Source: Alphaproteobacteria bacterium
Lineage (GTDB): Bacteria; Pseudomonadota; Alphaproteobacteria; Caulobacterales; Caulobacteraceae
Assembly: GCA_031367205.1 (NCBI GenBank)
Contig: JANLPK010000052.1
Coordinates: 4,968-68,967, forward strand
Direction: 5' to 3'
DNA length: 64,000 nt
Position 1 is the stretch's first letter. Each line of letters begins with the position of its first letter. The notes below the pieces were generated by a model. It searched no databases. It had not been told where the DNA came from and saw only the letters and a list, made by a program, of their open reading frames with translations. Made by a program: the position numbers and the translations under genes. This document shows, in pieces, positions 48,175 to 57,567 of this stretch.

Positions 48175-50279
48175 GCTGCAGGTTCCAGGTGAAACACGGC
48201 AAGTTCTCCGGCACGCAGGACCGGTAGCGGCAAGCCCATGACCATCAGCAATTGTCCGCTGACGACCACCGGGCTTCCAAGCAGGATCGGCGGCACTGAT
48301 TTCATTGCAGCGCGAGGACGGCTGGGAGCATTCAGCATTGTAACCCGGTAGTTGGTCTGCGCTTGCAGGCCCACCAGGCGCAAAGCCATCGGCGCGGCCA
48401 AGGCCGAGGTCTCCACCTGGGCGTAGCTGATCAGGGCACCCGCCGCTCCCCCAATCATCATGGCTGACACCGCTGGATCCGGCGCATCAAGGCGCAGGGT
48501 CTGTCCTGAATGGATCAGGCTGCGAAGCTGCTTGTACTGGGTAATGGCGTCGGCTAGCCGTGTCTGATCAGCCTGCGAGAAGGCTCGAACATCAGCCTCA
48601 ATCCCCATGTGACCGAAGAGGGCGGTATAGGCACGGAAGGCGAGACCGCTTCGTCGTGCGGTGGTGTGGCTAGCCTCAGGACCGACATGGGCTCCCATAA
48701 CCTCAGGTGGGAAAAAGATGGAGAACCCGCGTTGGATGGACTGGCGCTCAATGGGGTCGTTGCAGTCTGAGGTCCAGACGCGGTCGGTGCGTTTAAGGAT
48801 CTCGTAGTCGGCACGTCCACCCCCGGATGAACAGCTCTCAATCTCGACGCCGGGGTGAGCGGCCCGCACGCGATCGAACAAGGCATAGACGGCGAGGGTC
48901 TGACGGTGCGTCGTCGCCCGACCGTGGCTGGCGGCATGGGTCAAGTCGCGGTTCATGTCCCATTTGAGATAGCTGATCGGATGAGCGCTCAGCAGAGCGT
49001 CGAGCTGTGCAAAGATATTCTCCGCCACCTCGGCACGCGTCAGGTCGAGCACATACTGGCCCCTACCCAACGGCTGGACCCGGTCGCCGACATGTAGGGT
49101 CCAATCGGGATGGGCGCGCAACAGATCAGAGTCCGCATTGGCCATTTCCGGCTCGACCCACAGGCCAAACTCCATACCTAGGCCCCGCACGTGATCAATC
49201 AGGTGCGTTAAGCCGTTGGGATACTTGGCAGGGTCAACCGTCCAGTCGCCCAGGCTGGTGGTGTCGTTGTTGCGTCCTGCAAACCAACCGTCATCAAGGA
49301 TGAACCGCTCGGCGCCCACTTTGGCGGCTAGGCTTGCGAGGTCCCTCAGCTCAGCCAAGTCGTGACGGAAATAGACCGCCTCCCAGGTGTTGAAATGGAC
49401 CGGGCGGGTTTTGCCCACCAACCGGCGGCCAAGGATCGTGTCTCGGACAAAGGGGTGGAACCGGTCGGACAGGCCATTCAAGCCCGCTTGGGAGCGCGCG
49501 GCATAGAGACAGGGCGTTTGGTAGGTCTCGCCGGGTGCCAGAACCATTTCACCGGGATGGAACAGCTCCCCAGCCTGGATCTGAATCCGACCATCTCGCA
49601 GCCGCTCCGCCAACATCCGGTGATCGCCGCTCCAGGCAAGGTGCAAGCCCAGAACCTCGCCTGCCTGTTGGCGAAACCCCGGCTCTCCAACCGCGAGGAA
49701 CGGTGGAGCATGGTGCGACGTCCGCCCTGTGCGGTTATCCTTCAAGATGAGCCCGGTCTTCAGCCTCTCGCGTACGGTCTGGAACTCGCGCGCCCAGCGG
49801 CCGTCGAAGAGCATGAGTTCGTCTTGAACGCTGGGCAGGGCCGCCGCGGCCATCCAATCGACGCTTAGGGCCGTGTGCCCCTGATTTACGATCCGACTTC
49901 TGAAACAGATGACGCCCGTCAGCAGGTCCATCGTGATGCTGAGGACCACCTCAATCTTCGCCGCCTCGTCGGCCAAGACCAGTTCGTACCCACCGGCGAT
50001 CGGGCAAGCCGTGACGAAGGTCAATTGGGTGACGAAGCCGCCCTCCTCGCGATGGATCTGCAAGGCCGGATGCCCCGTGAAGCCACGTGCCGCTTCGGGG
50101 AACAGATCCAAGACCTCACCGCCATCCAGCATGCCGTTCGGCACGGCGCGACCGGCCAATGCCGCAACCGACGCTGCGTCAACATCTGCCGAAAGAGACG
50201 GGCCCCAATAGGCCAGTACCGGTGGTCCATCGCGGGCATCCAACAGAAGAGTGTCTCCGCCGCCATCAAGCCTCAACAT
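48171..50279 (-). CDS. Alpha-galactosidase (GH36)
   Basis: FNTWEAVYF, FILDDGWF, FGLWVEPEM, YLKWDMNR (nucleophile), CSSGGGR, WTSD (acid/base). Confidence 0.95.
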   Translation of the reverse strand: MLRLDGGGDTLLLDARDGPPVLAYWGPSLSADVDAASVAALAGRAVPNGMLDGGEVLDLFPEAARGFTGHPALQIHREEGGFVTQLTFVTACPIAGGYELVLADEAAKIEVVLSITMDLLTGVICFRSRIVNQGHTALSVDWMAAAALPSVQDELMLFDGRWAREFQTVRERLKTGLILKDNRTGRTSHHAPPFLAVGEPGFRQQAGEVLGLHLAWSGDHRMLAERLRDGRIQIQAGELFHPGEMVLAPGETYQTPCLYAARSQAGLNGLSDRFHPFVRDTILGRRLVGKTRPVHFNTWEAVYFRHDLAELRDLASLAAKVGAERFILDDGWFAGRNNDTTSLGDWTVDPAKYPNGLTHLIDHVRGLGMEFGLWVEPEMANADSDLLRAHPDWTLHVGDRVQPLGRGQYVLDLTRAEVAENIFAQLDALLSAHPISYLKWDMNRDLTHAASHGRATTHRQTLAVYALFDRVRAAHPGVEIESCSSGGGRADYEILKRTDRVWTSDCNDPIERQSIQRGFSIFFPPEVMGAHVGPEASHTTARRSGLAFRAYTALFGHMGIEADVRAFSQADQTRLADAITQYKQLRSLIHSGQTLRLDAPDPAVSAMMIGGAAGALISYAQVETSALAAPMALRLVGLQAQTNYRVTMLNAPSRPRAAMKSVPPILLGSPVVVSGQLLMVMGLPLPVLRAGELAVFHLEPAA

Positions 50280-50368
50280 TTCCGCGCCTCACCCTTGAAA
50301 ACCCCGCCGCGCCAGATTGACGACGCCCCCCGAAAACCGCCAAGTCGCAATCACTCGGAGGCAGATTT

Positions 50369-51253
50369 GTGACAGACGTTCGGTGCGCAGCAAAGAGCCA
50401 GGACATCTTGGGCGAGGGACCAGTTTGGGTCGCTGCCGAGGGCAAGCTCTATTGGTTCGATATTCAGGGGCGGCGGTTGAACTGGCTGTCGCCTGGGACG
50501 GACGATTGGGGTGGGTTTGAATTGCCCGCGCGCGCCAGTGTGGCGGCTCCTCGAGCAGAAGGTGGCTTGATCCTGGTCACCGAACTGGGTCTTGCCCATA
50601 TGGACACCGAGACCGGGGAATTTGAGCTGGTCCGGCCCATGACCTTCGCGGCCGGTTTCCGCACCAATGATGGCAAGATCGACGGTGCCGGACGCCTGTG
50701 GTGGAGCACCATGGACGACGCTGGCGGAAAGCGACCCGGCACAGTCTTCCGAACTGATCCGGACGGCCAAACACATAGGGTCCTAGACGGGATTCACATC
50801 GCCAATGCCGTCGCCTTCGACGCCGCAGGCTCCACCTTGTTCCTCGCGGACTCGATGAAGGCCACCACCTGGACTTTTCCCATCGCACCGGACGGAACCT
50901 TGGGCGAGCGCGAAGTGTTCTCGACGACGCGCGGCGAGCGTGGAGCGCCCGATGGGGCGGCCATCGACGCCGAGGGCTATCTCTGGAACTGCCAATGGGG
51001 TGCCTGGCGCATCGTGCGCTACGCCCCGGATGGGGCAATCGATCGGATCGTCGAAATGCCGGTTCAGCAGCCCTCGAGCTGCATCTTCGGCGGCCCGAAC
51101 CTGACCACCCTCTACGTGACCTCAGCCCAAGAAAATCTGAGTGCGACGGTCCTTGCCGACCAGCCGCTGGCCGGGAACCTGTTTGCCTTCGAGCCGGGGG
51201 TCGCGGGCCTATCTCTGCCCAGCTTCGCAGGCCGTCTTGAGCGCACGCCATGA
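50369..51253 (+). CDS. SMP-30/gluconolactonase family lactonase (probable galactonolactonase)
   Basis: LGEGPVW, RTNDGKID, IANAVAF, PDGAAIDAEG, SSCIFGG...LYVTSA. Confidence 0.9.
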   Translation: MTDVRCAAKSQDILGEGPVWVAAEGKLYWFDIQGRRLNWLSPGTDDWGGFELPARASVAAPRAEGGLILVTELGLAHMDTETGEFELVRPMTFAAGFRTNDGKIDGAGRLWWSTMDDAGGKRPGTVFRTDPDGQTHRVLDGIHIANAVAFDAAGSTLFLADSMKATTWTFPIAPDGTLGEREVFSTTRGERGAPDGAAIDAEGYLWNCQWGAWRIVRYAPDGAIDRIVEMPVQQPSSCIFGGPNLTTLYVTSAQENLSATVLADQPLAGNLFAFEPGVAGLSLPSFAGRLERTP

Positions 51254-52002
51254 GCCTGTTCGCGACCTATCCCAGCCTGGACCGCAAGGTGGTGTTCATC
51301 ACCGGCGGAGCCATGGGCATCGGTGCGGCCTTGGTCGAGGCGTTCCACGCGCAAGGCGCCAGGGTGGCTTTTGTTGACCGCGCTGAGGCAGCGGGTCAGG
51401 CCTTGGCCGCAGCCTTGCCGGGCTGCTGGTTCAACCCCTGCGATGTCACCAATGCGGAGGCTTTGCAGGCCGCCATCGCCAAGGCGGCGGAGGACTTGGG
51501 CACGATCGGGGTCTTGATCAACAACGTCGCCAACGACACCCGCCATGTCGCCGCCGAAACCGGCGCTCAGGCCTGGCGAGCCCACCTGGCGGTCAATCTC
51601 GACCCGACCTTCATCGCCGCAACCGCCGTTCAACCCGGCATGGTCGCTGCAGGGGGCGGGAGTATCATCAACTTTAGTTCGATCACCGCCCTGCTCGGTG
51701 CCAGCGGCATGCCCGCCTATGTCGCCGCGAAGGGCGCGATCCTCTCCCTGACCAAAGCCCTGGCGCGAGAGTGGGGCGTGGCCAATATCCGGGTTAATGC
51801 CATCGTCCCCGGCTGGATCGTCACTGAGCGGCAATTGGACCTATGGCTGACCCCGGAGGCCGAGGCCGAGCACATGAAGCTGGTGGCCCTGAAGCGTCGC
51901 TTGATGCCGGAAGACGTCGCGCGGCTGGCTCTGTTCCTAGCCTCGGACGACGCCGGAGCCATCACCGGCCAGAACTTCGTCATCGACGGCGGGCGCACCT
52001 GA
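51250..52002 (+). CDS. SDR aldose 1-dehydrogenase (XylB-like; probable galactose dehydrogenase)
   Basis: YPSL..KVVFITGG..GIG, NNVANDTRH, YVAAK, W.TPE, FLASDD; resembles Caulobacter XylB by recall and sits in a dgoK/dgoA operon. Confidence 0.8.
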   Translation: MSLFATYPSLDRKVVFITGGAMGIGAALVEAFHAQGARVAFVDRAEAAGQALAAALPGCWFNPCDVTNAEALQAAIAKAAEDLGTIGVLINNVANDTRHVAAETGAQAWRAHLAVNLDPTFIAATAVQPGMVAAGGGSIINFSSITALLGASGMPAYVAAKGAILSLTKALAREWGVANIRVNAIVPGWIVTERQLDLWLTPEAEAEHMKLVALKRRLMPEDVARLALFLASDDAGAITGQNFVIDGGRT

Positions 52003-52904
52003 TGGAGCCTGCGTTGCTCGCCTGCGACTGGGGATCAACCAACCTGCGAGCCTGGGTGATGGACGCGCAAGGGCTGGTGCTTGATCGCCGATATTTTGGA
52101 TTCGGCGCGGGCCGGATGGTGCCCGGCGAGGCACGGCTACGATTTGTGGATGAGGTGCGTCCAGCCCTCCAAGCCCAAGACCTGCCAGCTCTGCTCTGCG
52201 GAGCTATCGGCTCGAATATCGGCTGGCAGGTCGCGCCCTATGTCGACTGCCCGGCGCGCCTGGAGGACGTCGCTGCAAATCTGATCCAGCCAATGCAGCA
52301 GGTCTGGATCACGCCAGGCCTTAGGTGCGAGGTGTTTGGTAATGCCTGCGACGTCTTGCGCGGTGAAGAGACCCAGGTGATGGGCTGGATCGCAAGCGAC
52401 CCCGCCAACGCAAAAGGTCGCCATCTGATCTGCCAACCCGGCACCCACGCCAAGTGGCTGGTGGTCGAGGATGGCCGGGTCACCCGTTTTCTCAGTGCCT
52501 TCACTGGCGAATTGTTCGCAGTGCTCTCGGAGCACTCGATCCTTCGAAACAGCGGCCCCGGTTATGACCTGGATGTTTTTGATGAAGGCTGCGCCGCCGC
52601 TGCCGAAGGTGACGGACTGCTCAACCGTCTCTACACGGCGCGCTCAAGGGTGGCCGGCGGTGACGCCGATGGAAAAACCACCGGCGCTTATCTATCGGGC
52701 CTGTTGATCGGTGCAGAGGTTGCCGCCACTCCACGCCTGCTGGGCCTCGAGGGCGAGACGGTGACCTTGCTCGGCGACGCGCCACTCTGCGACCGATATG
52801 CTCGCGCCCTGGCAAGGCGAGGTGTGCAAACACGCTCTATTGATGGGGAGCCCGGCGTCCGCAAGGGCCTCTTCGCGATCGCACAATTGGGGGGCCTGAT
52901 ATGA
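52002..52904 (+). CDS. dgoK: 2-dehydro-3-deoxygalactonokinase
   Basis: ACDWGSTNLRAW, DVLRGEETQ, PGTHAKW, FTGELF..L.EHSIL, YLSGLLIGAE. Confidence 0.92.
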   Translation: MEPALLACDWGSTNLRAWVMDAQGLVLDRRYFGFGAGRMVPGEARLRFVDEVRPALQAQDLPALLCGAIGSNIGWQVAPYVDCPARLEDVAANLIQPMQQVWITPGLRCEVFGNACDVLRGEETQVMGWIASDPANAKGRHLICQPGTHAKWLVVEDGRVTRFLSAFTGELFAVLSEHSILRNSGPGYDLDVFDEGCAAAAEGDGLLNRLYTARSRVAGGDADGKTTGAYLSGLLIGAEVAATPRLLGLEGETVTLLGDAPLCDRYARALARRGVQTRSIDGEPGVRKGLFAIAQLGGLI

Positions 52905-53524
52905 CCTTAGATGAAGCGCTCGCCGCCTGCCCCCTGATCGCCATCCTGCGCGGGGTGCGACCCGATGAAGTGTTGGAGCACGCCAACGCCCTCTATTCCG
53001 CCGGCATCCGCGCCATCGAGGTGCCGCTCAATTCGCCTGATCCCCTGGAAAGCGTGGCGCGACTGGCCAAGGCTTATGGAGACACCTGCGTCATCGGAGC
53101 CGGGACGGTGCTCAATGTGGCTCAGGTCGAAGCGGTCTTTGCAGCGGGCGGTAAACTGATCGTCTCGCCCAATGCCGATGCCGCCGTCATCGCGCGGACC
53201 GTGGCGCTTGGCATGTATTCCGCCCCTGGCGTCGGCACCGCTACGGAGGCCTTTGCCGCCATCGCCGCTGGCGCACGGCACCTGAAGCTCTTCCCCGCCG
53301 CCACCTATGGCCCGGGTCATCTGAAGCAATTGCGGGCCGTGCTTCCGGCGGAGGTGGCGGTCCTTGCGGTCGGGGGCGTCGGGCCTAACGCCATGGCGGA
53401 TTGGTTCGCTGCGGGCGCGCTAGGGTTCGGCCTGGGATCGGAGCTCTACAAAGCTGGACAGAGCGCGGCAGAGACGTCGGAGAAGGCGGGTCGGTGCACC
53501 GACCATCTAGACCGTCTCCAGTAG
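52901..53524 (+). CDS. dgoA: 2-dehydro-3-deoxy-6-phosphogalactonate aldolase
   Basis: PLIAILRG, IEVPLNSP, GAGTVL, TATEAFAA, LKLFPA, AVGGV, GFGLGS.LYK. Confidence 0.93.
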   Translation: MTLDEALAACPLIAILRGVRPDEVLEHANALYSAGIRAIEVPLNSPDPLESVARLAKAYGDTCVIGAGTVLNVAQVEAVFAAGGKLIVSPNADAAVIARTVALGMYSAPGVGTATEAFAAIAAGARHLKLFPAATYGPGHLKQLRAVLPAEVAVLAVGGVGPNAMADWFAAGALGFGLGSELYKAGQSAAETSEKAGRCTDHLDRLQ

Positions 53525-53923
53525 AACAATCCCCTCCGCCCTCGCCGCTGCCACCAACGCGCGATCATTCGTCGCCAGCGGCAGCTTGAGGCGGATGGCG
53601 AGTTCGAGATAAGTCGCGTCATAGGCGGTGAGCCCGTGCAATTCCGCGAGCCGTGCCGTCGCCGTCCAGAGCTGCGTCGCCGTTTGATCGTCCAGCGTGA
53701 TCGGCAATTCCGCAAGAAGGCCTGCCATGCGAGATCGCGTCTCAGGTTCAATTCGGCCGCGGCGTTGAGCGGTGAGCAGACCGTTCAGGGCCTCGATGGG
53801 CCAGAGCTGCGGGACCATGGCACCGCCTTCAACGACCCGGTCCAGTAGGGCCATTACGGCCGGAGTTTGTTCATCCTCAAAACACCAGGCGAGCGCGACG
53901 GAGTTATCCAGGACAAGGCTCAC
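53507..53923 (-). CDS. vapC: PIN-domain VapC toxin
   Basis: Acidic PIN residues in VLDNS, WPIEALN, TAYDATYLELA, LATNDRAL. Confidence 0.9.
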   Translation of the reverse strand: MSLVLDNSVALAWCFEDEQTPAVMALLDRVVEGGAMVPQLWPIEALNGLLTAQRRGRIEPETRSRMAGLLAELPITLDDQTATQLWTATARLAELHGLTAYDATYLELAIRLKLPLATNDRALVAAARAEGIVLLETV

Positions 53924-54162
53924 CTCCGCCCCTCTGAGATTAGATCCTTCAACGAGATGCCGCCCAGGGTTTTACCCTTGCTTAGGGCCCGGAGACCTTC
54001 CGCAGCGACTTGGGCCCTTGCGCGATTTCGACCATCGCCGATAGACGATAGACGGGCCACTGGTCTGCCGCGACGGGTGATGATGACCTCACCACCACCT
54101 TCCACCTCATCAAGCAGCGCAGAGAGTCCATTCTTGGCCTCGAAGACTCCAACAGAATGCAT
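53920..54162 (-). CDS. Phd/YefM-family antitoxin
   Basis: VGVFEAKNGLSALLDEVEGGGEVIITRRGRPVARL; ATGA-coupled to the toxin. Confidence 0.9.
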   Translation of the reverse strand: MHSVGVFEAKNGLSALLDEVEGGGEVIITRRGRPVARLSSIGDGRNRARAQVAAEGLRALSKGKTLGGISLKDLISEGRR

Positions 54163-54187
54163 GTCATCCTCCATCCGATAAATTTAT

Positions 54188-54210
54188 GCTAGCTAGCTAT
54201 CTATCTAGCT
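54188..54210. promoter_or_regulatory. Candidate TA autoregulatory operator
   Basis: Palindrome GCTAGCTAGC (54188-54197) overlapping inverted repeat AGCTAG-N8-CTAGCT (54191-54210), in an AT-rich stretch just upstream of the antitoxin. Confidence 0.5.
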
Positions 54211-54335
54211 TAATTGACCATTGATTAGGAAGCTACCTTCGTCAAACCTGCGCAGAGAGATTGGCAACACCCCCAGTTTGCGTTCAGTATGCAGCCTCAG
54301 TAGCCACTAGAGCTGCCCTGCCGGAGGACCAACCA

Positions 54336-55685
54336 ATGAACGTCCAAACCCCGATCACTGAATCCAAGCCTTGGCACCTGTTGGGCAACTGGGCCCCAGT
54401 TTCCGACGAAATCGACAGCGGCCCGCTCAAGGTTCGCGGCAATATTCCTCCCGAACTCAACGGCACCTATGTGCGCAACGGCATGAACCCCAAGTCTGGG
54501 GTCAGCGACCACTGGTTTGCCGGCAACGGCATGTTGCACGCGGTTAGCCTGGCTGACGGCAAGGCCAGCTACCGCAACCGTTATGTGCGCACGCCCTATT
54601 ACGACAAAGACCTTGGCCAAATGTCAGCCATGTTCGATCCGGCAGCGTCTCCGGCCAATACCAGCATTATCCAGCACGCAGGCAAGTGGTTGGCCCTAGA
54701 GGAGGCACACCTTCCTTGGGCGGTTGACGATCAACTCAATACCCTTGGCGTCCACGATTTCGCCGGTGCCGTTACCGGGCCCGTCACGGCGCATCCGCGA
54801 ACATGCCCGATAACCGGTGAGCTGTTGTTCTTCGGCTATCAATTGGGCAGCGCGCCTTACCTCACCTATTACCGCGCCGACGCAACGGGTCAGGTGGTGG
54901 AGGCCCAGCCCATCGACCTGCCCAACCCCGTGATGATGCATGACTGGAACATCACCACCAACCATGTGGTGTTTATGGACCTGCCGGTGGTGTTCGACCT
55001 GAAAGCCGCGATGCGCGGCGAGTCACCCTTGGCCTTTCGCGCAGAGGCCGGCGCGCGCTTGGGCGTGATGAAGCGCAATGGCGCGGGCGGTCGGGTACGG
55101 TGGTTTGAGATCAATCCCTGCTACGTTTTTCATCCGGTCAATGCCTACGAAGACGGTGACAAGATTGTGCTGACCGTTTGCCGCCAAAAGGAAGCCATGG
55201 CTGGCGGGTTCGAGGAACTCTACGGAGGCGACGCCACTGCGGCGCGGCTCTGGCGCTGGACCATCAACCTGGCGACCGGAACGGTGAAAGAAGAACAGCT
55301 CGATGATGCCACCGGTGACTTCCCACGGATCAATGACAGCCTCGTCGGCCTATTTGCCCAATATGGTTATACTGCAGCGCTGGACGCCACAGCCCCGACC
55401 CTGACCATGGGTCGTAACCTCTATAAATATGACCTGACCACCGGCGCGCGCACCACCCACGATCTGGGCAACAACACGCACACGGGTGAGGCCGTTTTCG
55501 TTCCCCGTGAAGGAGCCAAGGCCGAGGACGACGGTTGGGTCATGGCGATCTATCACGACGAGGACGTCGATGAGTCCCGGCTGGTGATCCTAGATGCCCA
55601 GAACTTCGGTGACGAGCCGGTCGCCGAGGTGATCATGCCCCAGCGCGTGCCTTACGGCGCGCATGGCAACTGGATGCCGCGATAG
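54336..55685 (+). CDS. Carotenoid cleavage oxygenase family (RPE65/LSD-like) dioxygenase
   Basis: GNWAPV, GTYVRNG.NP, four iron-ligand His (TAHPR, MMHDW, VFHPVN, GAHGNW), GEAVFVPR; RBS GGAGG. Confidence 0.93.
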   Translation: MNVQTPITESKPWHLLGNWAPVSDEIDSGPLKVRGNIPPELNGTYVRNGMNPKSGVSDHWFAGNGMLHAVSLADGKASYRNRYVRTPYYDKDLGQMSAMFDPAASPANTSIIQHAGKWLALEEAHLPWAVDDQLNTLGVHDFAGAVTGPVTAHPRTCPITGELLFFGYQLGSAPYLTYYRADATGQVVEAQPIDLPNPVMMHDWNITTNHVVFMDLPVVFDLKAAMRGESPLAFRAEAGARLGVMKRNGAGGRVRWFEINPCYVFHPVNAYEDGDKIVLTVCRQKEAMAGGFEELYGGDATAARLWRWTINLATGTVKEEQLDDATGDFPRINDSLVGLFAQYGYTAALDATAPTLTMGRNLYKYDLTTGARTTHDLGNNTHTGEAVFVPREGAKAEDDGWVMAIYHDEDVDESRLVILDAQNFGDEPVAEVIMPQRVPYGAHGNWMPR

Positions 55686-55713
55686 GCCTCGGCGGGTCGT
55701 TTCCAGCTGAACC

Positions 55714-56580
55714 TCAGCTCCAGAGCCCGGACGACGCCTTCAATAGGCGCGACATCAGGATCATCCGCGCCACGGGCCGCTTGTCCTTGGCGTCCCTCAG
55801 GGTGGTCTCGTACCAGATCACCTCGGTCTTGGGTGAGTCTGAGAGGGCCAGCACTTTTCCGTCACAGTGATAGTCGTGGTCCACGAACATCGGTCCATCT
55901 AGCATCTGCACTTCGATGGCCCCGAACAGCCCCACATAGTTCGAGGTAGGCCGCCAGAGCGGCACCTCAATAGACCTCATAGCGTCCACCACCATGGTCG
56001 GTGCACAGACGATCTCGCCAAACAGCGCAGCCTCACGATAGGCAGGCAGGTCTTCGGTGATCAGTTTCACCCGTTCGAGCGATCTCTCCAGAGTCACACG
56101 GACCGGAACATCCCTGACAACATCAGCCACCTTTGAAGACTTCAGCAGGCGCAGCTCTCCAGGCGCTCGCACCGCCGGAATGCGAACCCGCAGGTTCGAC
56201 AAATCGTCTGGCGGGCCAACGCTGGCACTGCCTTCCAGAACCCGCAGGCCGGTGGTTTCGTCGATCAACCAGACGTCAGCCCGACGCCCGCCTTCGGGTC
56301 GATCGGTTGCTGGCCCGACGAAGGCCCGCACCGGCTCGCCGTCTGTGGTGGCGTTGAGAAAATAGGTTGAGAGCGACCCGGTTCGGTGCCAATCGTCACC
56401 GAAGGCCTGAGCCAACAGCGGCGGGAACTGCTCCATATGGATACTGCCCGCCACCGTGCCACCCTTGAAGCCGAGCTTCTGGGCCGTGGCGTCGTCGTGG
56501 ATCGAGCCCTTGGCGTCGCGGGAAGCGTTGGTGGGTCGGCGGACCTGACCGCAGATCACAGCATCGAGGGTCGTTTCCAT
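55714..56580 (-). CDS. Hypothetical protein with MaoC-like (hotdog) motif; tandem paralog 1
   Basis: KGSIHDDATAQKLGFKGGTVAG motif; collinear similarity to the adjacent gene. Confidence 0.75.
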   Translation of the reverse strand: METTLDAVICGQVRRPTNASRDAKGSIHDDATAQKLGFKGGTVAGSIHMEQFPPLLAQAFGDDWHRTGSLSTYFLNATTDGEPVRAFVGPATDRPEGGRRADVWLIDETTGLRVLEGSASVGPPDDLSNLRVRIPAVRAPGELRLLKSSKVADVVRDVPVRVTLERSLERVKLITEDLPAYREAALFGEIVCAPTMVVDAMRSIEVPLWRPTSNYVGLFGAIEVQMLDGPMFVDHDYHCDGKVLALSDSPKTEVIWYETTLRDAKDKRPVARMILMSRLLKASSGLWS

Positions 56581-56609
56581 TTGAGTCGTTCCCTTTGGCA
56601 ATGCGGCAC

Positions 56610-57494
56610 CTAGCTCCAGAGCGGCGAGGAGCCCTTCAACAGGCGGGTCAGCATGATCATCTTGGCTACAGGGTCGCCGCCGCCCGCAGGCCTTAGCGTG
56701 CTTTCAAACCAAGCCGTTTCTGTTTTCGGCGACTCTGACAGCGCCAAGATTTCGGCGTCGCAGAGATAGTCCCGGTCGATAAAGATCGGGCCATTCAGGA
56801 ACTGCAACTCAATAGCTCCGAACATGCCCACGAATACCCCGTTGGCATTGAACAAGGGCCCCTCGACCGGACGCAGCGCATCGATCGCCGCGGAGGGCGC
56901 CGCGACCAGCCCGCCCAAGATCGAGGGGTCAGTGTAAATGTCCAGAGCCTCGGTGACGTTTTCCACGCGGGGACTGGTCTTCTCACTCTCCTGGCGCGAG
57001 GGGATGTCGGTGACTGCGTCGCCGACTTTCGAGCTGGCTAGGATGCGCAGGTCGGTGGCCGGGCGGGCGGCTTTCACCCGGTTGCGCAGCTCAGAGTCCA
57101 TGTCCGGGGGGCCGACCGCAGCCGTGCCTTCACAGACCCTCACTCCCTCCGGCGTCTCCATCCAAACCTTTGCGCGCAGGCCGCCCTCGGGGCGTGGCTC
57201 GGGGGCACCGACAAAGGCCTGAACCGGCTCCATGTCACTGGTGGCATTGAGGAAATAGAGCGAGAGATTGCCGTTCTGTCGCCACTCCGATCCCAGCACA
57301 GACTCCAATAGTGGCGGGAACTGCTCAAAGTGAATATTGCCGGCCACGGTGCCACCGCGAAAGCCCAACTCGCGCGCCCGGTCATCATCGTGGATGGAGC
57401 CCTTGGCCCCCTTGGAGAAATTGGTCGGATATCGGATAGGCCCGGCACTGACGCCGTCAGTTACCTCAATCGCGAAAGGAGCGGCGTTGGACAT
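56610..57494 (-). CDS. Hypothetical protein with MaoC-like (hotdog) motif; tandem paralog 2
   Basis: KGSIHDDDRARELGFRGGTVAG motif; RBS GGAGG before ATG 57494. Confidence 0.75.
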   Translation of the reverse strand: MSNAAPFAIEVTDGVSAGPIRYPTNFSKGAKGSIHDDDRARELGFRGGTVAGNIHFEQFPPLLESVLGSEWRQNGNLSLYFLNATSDMEPVQAFVGAPEPRPEGGLRAKVWMETPEGVRVCEGTAAVGPPDMDSELRNRVKAARPATDLRILASSKVGDAVTDIPSRQESEKTSPRVENVTEALDIYTDPSILGGLVAAPSAAIDALRPVEGPLFNANGVFVGMFGAIELQFLNGPIFIDRDYLCDAEILALSESPKTETAWFESTLRPAGGGDPVAKMIMLTRLLKGSSPLWS

Positions 57495-57567
57495 AGCTTC
57501 CTCCATCATTGACCCCCTGCGCGGGGCTTCTATCGTGGCAACCCTACAATAGCGGGTGCGCGTGTCC

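Noticed and set aside
54210-54224. TTAA-N7-TTGA as a CtrA site
   Set aside because: Mismatch in the core, no trailing C, and it lies in an AT-rich promoter where such matches are expected by chance.
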